DNA of 34,165 nucleotides from a virus: the IMG/VR virus record IMGVR_UViG_3300027985_000326, positions 1 through 34,165 of that record; one strand, written 5' to 3'. The notes under the pieces were generated by a model that saw only the letters and a list, made by a program, of their open reading frames with translations, was not told where the DNA came from and did not search any database. Positions within the stretch are counted from its first letter, which is position 1. Every line of letters starts with the position of its first letter. A program made the position numbers and the translations under genes. Below, piece by piece: positions 8,761-15,833 of this stretch.

Positions 8761-9320
8761 TCATGCGGCGCATCACCATCGGTGCATCGGCGCTCTCCTT
8801 GGATGATGCAAAGGCGCATCTGCGCGTCGATCACGACGACGAGGATGACCTGATCACGGCGCTGGCGGAATCGGCATGCGCGTCGATTGCTGAGAATGTC
8901 GGGCGCATCCTGACAGATGAGCAATGGGAGATTTCCATCGCGGCAGTTGACGGCGATCTGGTGCTTCCGCTGGCCCCGGTGCAATCGGTGGACGCGATCA
9001 CCTATTTCGACGCCGATGACATCGAGCAAACTGCCCCGGTCACAGATTTCTACTTCTTCGCCGACGATGACCGCGCCATTCTGCGGCCAAAGGCTGGGAG
9101 GTCGTGGCCCGCGACGATTGCGCGCGAGGATGCAATCACGATCACGATCACGGTCGGAATGACGATGATCCCGCCCGGTCTGATCGCCGCGGCAAAACTG
9201 CTGCTCGGGCATTGGTATGACACGCGCGCGGCGGTGAATATCGGCAACATCACCAGTGAGCTACCGCTCGGGGTGCAGTATCTCTGCGACCAGGCGCGGC
9301 GCAATTGGGTGACCGCATGA
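8757..9320 (+). CDS. Head-tail connector (gp6-like)
   Basis: 'LSLDDAKAHLRVDHDDEDDLITALAESACASIAENVGR' is the typical gp6-like head-tail connector opening. Confidence 0.8.
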   Translation: MIMRRITIGASALSLDDAKAHLRVDHDDEDDLITALAESACASIAENVGRILTDEQWEISIAAVDGDLVLPLAPVQSVDAITYFDADDIEQTAPVTDFYFFADDDRAILRPKAGRSWPATIAREDAITITITVGMTMIPPGLIAAAKLLLGHWYDTRAAVNIGNITSELPLGVQYLCDQARRNWVTA

Positions 9321-9670
9321 CCGCCGGGCGCCTGAAGGAGCGGGTCACCTTCCAGCGACTTACCGAGGGCGACGACGGCTACGGCAACACGGTGACCGGC
9401 TGGGCGAACATGGAGCGATCCGCGGGCGTTGCGCTGACTGTCTGGGCCGATGTGCGCGAGACGCCCGGCAAGGAGCGTGTCGACGCGGGGCGTGTCGAGG
9501 CGAGCCGGACGGCGACGATCCGCATCCGGGCCTCGTCCGAAGTGTCGGGCGTCACCGGCGCCGACCGCGTGATCGCGCGGGGCGAGGCGTGGAACATTCG
9601 CAGCATCGCGCCGGTGGGCAATGACCGGGCGATGCTGGACCTTCTCGTTGAGAATGGGGTGGCGACATGA
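9317..9670 (+). CDS. Head closure / head-tail adaptor (SPP1 gp16 / HK97 gp9-like)
   Basis: ATGA overlap at 9317. 'RLKERVTFQR...DGYGN...W...VWADVRETPGKE' adaptor signature. Confidence 0.8.
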   Translation: MTAGRLKERVTFQRLTEGDDGYGNTVTGWANMERSAGVALTVWADVRETPGKERVDAGRVEASRTATIRIRASSEVSGVTGADRVIARGEAWNIRSIAPVGNDRAMLDLLVENGVAT

Positions 9671-10026
9671 CGGTGATCGGAGCCGACCGAGTAATGCGAA
9701 AGATCTCGCAGCTGCCAGATCGCATAAAATCCAAGGTCGACGCCTCGGTCAAGAAATCCGGTGACGAGCTTGTACGCACTGCAAAGATGCTGATCCCGAT
9801 CGGCGGAGATGTGCACGGTGACGGACACGAGCGCGAAAAGATCAAGGCGACGCAAAATGCCGATGGCTCGGTTCTGGTGGACTTTGGGCCGAAGTCGAAG
9901 GTGATCGAGGGAGAGAGCGGGCCGCGGCCTTTCGTGAATCCGGCGCTTGCTGTGCTTCGCAAGAAGCACAAAGCGCGCGCAAAGCGGGCAGTGAACAGAG
10001 CAGTGAAGGAGCTGTTCAGTGGCTGA
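9667..10026 (+). CDS. Tail component, HK97 gp10-like
   Basis: 119 aa. 'VMRKISQLPDRIKSKVDASVKKSGDELVRTAKMLIP...RPFVNPA' pattern. ATGA overlap. Confidence 0.75.
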   Translation: MTVIGADRVMRKISQLPDRIKSKVDASVKKSGDELVRTAKMLIPIGGDVHGDGHEREKIKATQNADGSVLVDFGPKSKVIEGESGPRPFVNPALAVLRKKHKARAKRAVNRAVKELFSG

Positions 10027-10429
10027 CGGCCCCGCGCTCGCCCTGCAAGCCGCGCTGGTTGCGGTACTGCGAGCCGATGCTGGCGTTGCGGCGCTGGTGG
10101 GCGCGCGGGTCTATGATGAGCCACCGGACGGCGCGATGCTGCCGCTGGTGCGCATCGGCATGATCGATGCTGCCCCGGAGCGCCTGAGCTGCCGCACCGA
10201 CGAGGACATCACGTTCTCAATCGAGGCTCACTCGCGCCCCATCGCTGGACGTGTTGAGGCCTCGCGCATTGCCCATGCGATCCGGGTCGCGCTCGATGAA
10301 ACCGATTTCGCTGTCACCGGCTATCACCTCGACTGGTGCCAGTGGCTCACGCAGGCCGTCACGCGTGCTGCGGACGGTAAAACCTATGTCGCCACGGTCG
10401 CCTTTCAGGCGGCCCTGAGCGCGCCCTGA
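10019..10429 (+). CDS. Tail completion protein (DUF3168 / gp11-like)
   Basis: 'LQAALVAVLRADAGVAALVGARVYDEPP...PLVRIG' is typical of DUF3168. GTG start overlaps the upstream gene. Confidence 0.75.
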   Translation: MADGPALALQAALVAVLRADAGVAALVGARVYDEPPDGAMLPLVRIGMIDAAPERLSCRTDEDITFSIEAHSRPIAGRVEASRIAHAIRVALDETDFAVTGYHLDWCQWLTQAVTRAADGKTYVATVAFQAALSAP

Positions 10430-10468
10430 TGCCCTTGGGCAAGGCAATCTCAAGGACAGGAGCCTGAC

Positions 10469-10894
10469 ATGGCAAAGCAAAAGGGGCGCACGCTCCTGGT
10501 CAAAATTGGTGACGGGGAGGTCGGCGAGACGTTCTCGAGCCTCTGCGGTCTGACCTCGAAAACGCTCACGATCAACAACACCGAGATCGATGTGACCACG
10601 GCTGACTGCACCGATCCTGGCGGCGCGTTGTGGACCGAGGTTCTCGCCGGCGCCAAGCGCGTGAGTGTCACCGGGAACGGTCTGTTCCTCGATGCCACGA
10701 GCGAGGCCAGAATGAACACCGTCGTCATGGCTGATGACCCTGTCGCGAACTTCCAGGTTGTCGTGCCGGACTTCGGCACCTTCGCGGGCGCGTTCTTCGT
10801 GTCGAGCGTCGATTACGGCGGCGAGCAGGAGGGCGGCGTTACCTACTCCCTGTCGCTGGCATCGACTGGTCCTGTGACGTTCACGGCGGCCTGA
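10469..10894 (+). CDS. Major tail (tube) protein
   Basis: 141 aa. 'GRTLLVKIGDG...FSSLCGLTSKTLTINNTEIDVT' resembles TP901-1-type tube proteins. Strong RBS AGGACAGGAG. Confidence 0.82.
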   Translation: MAKQKGRTLLVKIGDGEVGETFSSLCGLTSKTLTINNTEIDVTTADCTDPGGALWTEVLAGAKRVSVTGNGLFLDATSEARMNTVVMADDPVANFQVVVPDFGTFAGAFFVSSVDYGGEQEGGVTYSLSLASTGPVTFTAA

Positions 10895-11274
10895 TGGCTA
10901 TCGCGGACAGCGCCCCAGTCCTGACTGAGGAGATTGGCGGAGAGCCCCGCCGTCTCCTGCTGCGGAATGCCGAGATCGAGCGCTTCGAGATGCAGCATGG
11001 CATGGGCATCTTCGAGTTGTGGGACCAGCTGTGCGGTCGCGGACCTGCCCCGCAACTGCGCCATATCCGTGACTTGATCGCGCTCGCCATGGTGGGCGGT
11101 GGGATGATGGATCGCGCCGCCGATGCTGTCATGGCCGGGGTTTGCCTTGACCGCGCGCTTGAGCTTCGAGTCACGGCTCAGCGCGTTCTTGGCGTGGCGT
11201 TCCTGCCGTCGATCCTTGATCCGGATGCGGGTAAAAAAAAAGCTGGCTCGTCGCGGGCAAAGAAGAGCGCGTGA
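10894..11274 (+). CDS. Tail assembly chaperone (G-like, zero-frame product)
   Basis: Lies between the tube and tape-measure genes. Ends 'AGKKKAGSSRAKKSA' just after an A9 run. Confidence 0.75.
   Translation: MAIADSAPVLTEEIGGEPRRLLLRNAEIERFEMQHGMGIFELWDQLCGRGPAPQLRHIRDLIALAMVGGGMMDRAADAVMAGVCLDRALELRVTAQRVLGVAFLPSILDPDAGKKKAGSSRAKKSA
11233..11241 (+). promoter_or_regulatory. A9 slippery run for a programmed -1 ribosomal frameshift
   Basis: G GGT AAA AAA AAA G. The -1 frame has TAA at 11232-34 and is then open from 11235 through to 11471. Confidence 0.65.
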
Positions 11275-11471
11275 CGCATTGGGGCACGGCTGAGCGGGTG
11301 CGCAATATCTGCGGCACAATGGGGAGGCTGCCCGCCGAGGTGCGGGCCATGACGCCAAGCGAAACAATGGATCTCGTTGCGGGCTGGAATGCAGCACAGG
11401 CCGAGGCAAGCGGAAAGGTCGAAGCCCCGTCGCGGGCGGTCACTGAGGATCTGATGGCGCGCTATGGCTGA
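11235..11471 (+). CDS. -1 frame extension of the tail chaperone (T-like part, made as a GT-type fusion)
   Basis: The -1 frame opens exactly at the slippery run. The track ORF 11271..11471 is the same frame but has no convincing start or RBS of its own. Confidence 0.6.
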   Translation, partial: KKSWLVAGKEERVTHWGTAERVRNICGTMGRLPAEVRAMTPSETMDLVAGWNAAQAEASGKVEAPSRAVTEDLMARYG

Positions 11472-11893
11472 GCGCGCAGGGCTTTTTCCACAACCTGAAT
11501 GCAGAATGCAATCAACTCTGCATCTGGCTGATGCTTCTTCATGCAGGCCTCGGTGGATTTCTTGGTGATCATGTCGCCGCCGGCCATGTCATGTTCCACA
11601 CGTCGCGCGGCAACTTGTTGCTTCGCAGCGCATTGCCGGATCATAGCCCAGTCGAACCGCCACTTGCGCTCGCAGCTTTCTATGGCGCGTCGAGAAAAAT
11701 CGCTTTGCGCGGTATCTAGAATGATCTGCGCGCGCGTGAAATCAGCCCGATTCCGGTCGATGCACTGCCATACATCAAAGTTTTCCGGTCCGACTAACGG
11801 CTCGCAATAGGCACGCTGATCCGCCTCGGAAAAAATGAAGGCTGATGCAGGCGAGGCTAGTGTCGCGCAAGCAACTGCAAGGCGAATAATCAT
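11462..11893 (-). CDS. Antisense moron: secreted 143-aa protein with three Cx13C units
   Basis: ATG 11893 with GAGGA 7 nt upstream. Signal peptide 'MIIRLAVACATLASPASA'. Six mature Cys arranged as 3 x C-X13-C. Local GC about 55%, below the genome average. It is the C-terminal third of track ORF 11462..12739. Confidence 0.7.
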   Translation of the reverse strand: MIIRLAVACATLASPASAFIFSEADQRAYCEPLVGPENFDVWQCIDRNRADFTRAQIILDTAQSDFSRRAIESCERKWRFDWAMIRQCAAKQQVAARRVEHDMAGGDMITKKSTEACMKKHQPDAELIAFCIQVVEKALRAQP

Positions 11894-11912
11894 GGCGAAT
11901 CCTCGGTGAAAA

Positions 11913-14204
11913 ATGTCTGAAGATCTCGAACGTATCACGATTCTCCTGCAGGCCAAGGACAAGGATTTGACGCGGGCATTGGACCGCATGAACAAGAAAA
12001 TCGAGGCATCGACTCGTGCTGGGCGAAACAATGTCAGAAAGATGAATGAGGATTTCGACAGCCATATGGCGAAGATGTCGAAAAGCGTGCTTGGCCTCGG
12101 TGCATCATTCGTAAAGGGTCTTGCAGTCGGTGCCATTACCACAGCGTTCTCAGCTGTGACCTCGAACATCAGACAGACCATTGTTGGCATCGCGGAAGTC
12201 GGAGACGAGGCGAAGCGCTCTGGCCTTGGCCTCGAGGCATTCCAGGAGTGGAAATATGTAGCCGAGCAAAACCGCATCGGGGTGGATAGCCTGACGGACG
12301 GGTTCAAGGAGCTTTCCCTCAGAGCTGATGAGTTCATCACGACCGGAGCCGGCTCTGGAGCGGAGTCTTTCCGTCGCCTTGGGCTCACCGCATCAGATCT
12401 GAAGGAAAAGCTGAAAGACCCGTCAGAGCTCATGCTGGAGATCATCGGCCGCCTCGAAGGAATGGATAAGGCAGCGCAGATCCGCATCGCTGATGAAGTC
12501 TTTGGCGGCACCGGCGGCGAACGTTTCGTCGAGCTGCTGAGCAAGGGAGAGGCTGGCATCCGTAGCACCATTGCCGCGGCGCATGAGGCCGGCGCCGTTC
12601 TCGATGCCGAGATGATTGCGAAGGCCGATGAGATCGACAAGAAGTGGAGCTCCCTCACCACGAAAATTGGCAGCTGGCTGAAGCTGGTGGCCATAAGTCT
12701 CGCAGATCTACCGTTCGATATGTTCGACACGCGCATCAACGAGATTTTCGGCAGTGAGGCTCAGGCTCGTTCGATCCTCGGAGATCAGGCATTTGAAGAG
12801 CTACGCGCGGCAGTAGCGCTAACAGATCAGCAGGCGGATGCGGCAGAGGGGTTGCGGGGGATCTATCAGGGCATCGCGGATGATGCGAGCCAGTTGTCGA
12901 TGGAACTGGCTGGAGCTGCGAGCATGGCAGACATGCTCGGGAACGACGATCTATGGAATGTGCTGGCATCGGCATCGAATGACATGCGGGATCTGGAGGA
13001 TCATTTTGCGGCTGGGGAGATCAGCGGAGATCAGTTTGCGACGTCGCTTGAGGCGGTCAGGTCACGCGCAGCTGATGCGCTTTCACAGCTGAGCGACATC
13101 GACAAGCAGGGCTTTTCCGGGGTGATTTCTAACCTAGGATCAATCGGAGATGCGCTGACGTCGCTCATTCCAAAGGCATTGGCGCTCAAGAATGCCCTGC
13201 CTGGAAAACCGGTATCACCGACTGAGAAAGATGACGGACACGGGTTCGCGACTGGCAATGCCGACAATGCCTGGACCGGGACGAGCCTCGCACCGACGAC
13301 GACGCCAAAGCCGACGAGCGCACCATCAAATCTGGATTTCGATTGGACTGGTAAGAACTGGGGAAAAGGCGGCGGCGGAAAGAGCAGCCGGTCCAGCGAT
13401 AATTTCGCCAATCAGATGGACAAGTTCAAAGAGGAGACGGCGGCGCTGATCGCCGAGGCTGAGGCTCTGAACAATGCAGCGCTTGGTTTCGATGAATACG
13501 GGATCGCGCAGGACGTCGCGCGCCGGAAGGCTGAGCTGCTCCAAGCAGCGCAGAACGCGGGAAAGAAGATCACGCCTGAACTTACGACTGAGATCGATGC
13601 ACTTGCGGAGAGCTATGCCGATGCAGCGCTCCGTGCGGAGGAGGCACGGAAGCGTCACGACGAGTTCAATAGCGCTCTGGACGGCATGAAGGGAACGATG
13701 AGCAATGCATTCGAGGGTCTGGTGACCGGGGCAATGTCATTCAAAGACGCGCTGCGTTCGGTTATCGCGCAGCTCGCGGCGATGGCTGCACAGCGGGCAT
13801 TCTCGGCGCTTTGGACTGGTGGGCTCGGGGCATCGACTGGCGGGATTCTCTCTGGCCTATTCGGATTTTCCAGCGGCGGATATACCGGCCCCGGAGGTCG
13901 CAATGAGGTGGCCGGCATTGCGCACAAGGGCGAGGTTGTCTTTTCGCAGGACGATGTGCGTCGAGCTGGCGGCGTGGCAGCAGTCGAAGCCGCACGGCGC
14001 AGCGGCATGGCTACGGCGCAGCCAGCTCGATCAACGGTGGCTCAGCCTCAGCCGCAGGCGACGCAGGTATATGTCACCCCGTCACCGTATTTCGATGCCC
14101 GCGTGAGCGAGATCAGCGGCTATGGCGATGCCGTCGTGAGCCGTGCCCAGCGACAGGCGATGCCGGGGATGATCCGGGATGCACAGGCACGGGGGCTGCT
14201 GTGA
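11913..14204 (+). CDS. Tape measure protein
   Basis: 763 aa, helical and repetitive, Gly-rich C-terminal region, located after the chaperone pair. Confidence 0.88.
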   Translation: MSEDLERITILLQAKDKDLTRALDRMNKKIEASTRAGRNNVRKMNEDFDSHMAKMSKSVLGLGASFVKGLAVGAITTAFSAVTSNIRQTIVGIAEVGDEAKRSGLGLEAFQEWKYVAEQNRIGVDSLTDGFKELSLRADEFITTGAGSGAESFRRLGLTASDLKEKLKDPSELMLEIIGRLEGMDKAAQIRIADEVFGGTGGERFVELLSKGEAGIRSTIAAAHEAGAVLDAEMIAKADEIDKKWSSLTTKIGSWLKLVAISLADLPFDMFDTRINEIFGSEAQARSILGDQAFEELRAAVALTDQQADAAEGLRGIYQGIADDASQLSMELAGAASMADMLGNDDLWNVLASASNDMRDLEDHFAAGEISGDQFATSLEAVRSRAADALSQLSDIDKQGFSGVISNLGSIGDALTSLIPKALALKNALPGKPVSPTEKDDGHGFATGNADNAWTGTSLAPTTTPKPTSAPSNLDFDWTGKNWGKGGGGKSSRSSDNFANQMDKFKEETAALIAEAEALNNAALGFDEYGIAQDVARRKAELLQAAQNAGKKITPELTTEIDALAESYADAALRAEEARKRHDEFNSALDGMKGTMSNAFEGLVTGAMSFKDALRSVIAQLAAMAAQRAFSALWTGGLGASTGGILSGLFGFSSGGYTGPGGRNEVAGIAHKGEVVFSQDDVRRAGGVAAVEAARRSGMATAQPARSTVAQPQPQATQVYVTPSPYFDARVSEISGYGDAVVSRAQRQAMPGMIRDAQARGLL

Positions 14205-14851
14205 CAGTGATCGTTGATGTGCCGCTGCTGTTCATGCGCATGACCACTGTGCCGTGGCGGATCGACTGGCGCGGGCAGGGTGAGCTGAGCGGTTTGGATG
14301 GGTCGGCGCAGTTCATCTACAATGCAATGCCGCGTTTCGTCGGGTCAGTGACGCCTGTTCTGCCGCCGAAAATGGTTCTGGCATGGCGCGCGATCATCGC
14401 GCGCGGTCAGGGCCGTGCGAATGCCTATCGTGTGCGGATGCTTGACCCTCTCGCCGGACAGTCTCGGGCGGCGTCGTGGTCGATGGACTGGCGCGCCTAT
14501 CATGCCGGCATCTATGTCGAGCCGCGGCCGCAGGCAATCTGCATCGGCGGTGCCTCGGCCGGCGCGACAGAGATCACGATCGATGAGACCACGCTACGCA
14601 TGCCGGTGCGGGTCGGGTCGTATCTGTCCTATGGCGATTGGCCGATGGTCGTGACCGGGCGCAGTGGCGCCGGCGCAGCCGTGGTGCTGACCGTCGACCT
14701 GTTGCGCACGGATATACCGGACGGCGCTGCAATCGACTGCATCGCGCGAGGGCTTTTCCGGGCGAGCGACGATGCGAGCGGCTGGCCCGTCTACGGGGTC
14801 GACCGGGTCGCGACGCCGACGCTCGACCTGGTCGAGTGGATCACGCGATGA
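14201..14851 (+). CDS. Minor tail protein (distal-tail position), hypothetical
   Basis: 216 aa. ATGA-type overlap with the tape-measure stop. Assigned by position only. Confidence 0.6.
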   Translation: MTVIVDVPLLFMRMTTVPWRIDWRGQGELSGLDGSAQFIYNAMPRFVGSVTPVLPPKMVLAWRAIIARGQGRANAYRVRMLDPLAGQSRAASWSMDWRAYHAGIYVEPRPQAICIGGASAGATEITIDETTLRMPVRVGSYLSYGDWPMVVTGRSGAGAAVVLTVDLLRTDIPDGAAIDCIARGLFRASDDASGWPVYGVDRVATPTLDLVEWITR

Positions 14852-15417
14852 CCGTCGACCCGCGCGCGGATGTCCAGCGCATCCTGAACCTGGTGGCAAT
14901 CGATACGCCGGATGGGGTCTTCCGATTCATGGCGGGTACGGACGGGATATTCCGCGATGTCGATGGGCATGAGTGGATGGGGTCTCGGCTGATCATTGCC
15001 GATGACCTGCAGGCATCGATTCAGGGGACGGCGCCATCCGGGAAACTGACGCTGTCGTTCATCCCGGATCCGTCTGACCCGGACCTGATCGGGAAGATTG
15101 CAGAGCTCGGCACGGATTATGTGCGCGGCCGAGCGGTCGCTTTCTATGAGCAGAGGATCGGCAGCATCAGCGAATTCTATGCACCGACCGAGGCGCAGGA
15201 TCTGCTGATGACCCGCCGGGCGAGAGAGATCAGCTATTCGATGAGCGGCGCCATGGATCGGTCGATCAGCCTGTCCTATGAGGGCGAATTTTCCGGGCGC
15301 AATACGGCGCCCGGGTGGCAATACACGACGACCGATCATCAGGCGCTGATGGGGACGACGGACACCTCCGTGCGGTTTTTCCCGACGACAGACAATCAAG
15401 AAGAGAAGTTGTTCTGA
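14848..15417 (+). CDS. Minor tail protein, hypothetical
   Basis: ATG 14848 overlaps the upstream TGA (14849-51). 189 aa. Confidence 0.6.
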   Translation: MTVDPRADVQRILNLVAIDTPDGVFRFMAGTDGIFRDVDGHEWMGSRLIIADDLQASIQGTAPSGKLTLSFIPDPSDPDLIGKIAELGTDYVRGRAVAFYEQRIGSISEFYAPTEAQDLLMTRRAREISYSMSGAMDRSISLSYEGEFSGRNTAPGWQYTTTDHQALMGTTDTSVRFFPTTDNQEEKLF

Positions 15418-15833
15418 TGACCCCTCTCTATGCCGAGTTGAACCGCTGGCATGCGATCGAGCACCAGTGGGGTATCGCTGACTGCATCACGCTGCTGGCG
15501 GATTGGGTGCTGCGCTGCACCGGGATCGACCCGGCAGAGGATGTGCGCCTGACCTATAGGAGCGCCGGAGAGGTGCAGAGGGTGTGGCGGTTCTATTCCG
15601 ACCCATTGCGCGTCGTCGCGCCGCGGCTCGAGCGGTGCGGGCTGTCACGGACAGGTGATCCTGTGGCAGGTGATGTCGGCGTGGTGATGATCGAGGACTG
15701 CGCCGGAGCCATGCCACATGGTGCGATCTGTCTCGGCGGTCAGTCATGGGCCACGAAATCCGTCGATTGCGGCGTGATGCGCTATGAGGCGCCGGTCGTG
15801 CTGGCGGCATGGGGTGTTGGCTATGCTGCGTAG
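15417..15833 (+). CDS. Tail-associated protein, possible NlpC/P60-like cysteine peptidase
   Basis: ATG 15417 overlaps the upstream TGA. 'WGIADCITLLADWV' resembles the Cys-containing motif of small tail-associated peptidases. Not verified. Confidence 0.45.
   Translation: MTPLYAELNRWHAIEHQWGIADCITLLADWVLRCTGIDPAEDVRLTYRSAGEVQRVWRFYSDPLRVVAPRLERCGLSRTGDPVAGDVGVVMIEDCAGAMPHGAICLGGQSWATKSVDCGVMRYEAPVVLAAWGVGYAA

Noticed and set aside
11894-12739. The upstream 281 codons of the 425-aa minus-strand ORF 11462..12739
   Set aside because: This part is antisense to the tape-measure gene and Ser/Arg/Pro-rich. A proper ATG with a GAGGA RBS and a signal peptide occurs at 11893, so only 11462..11893 is called.
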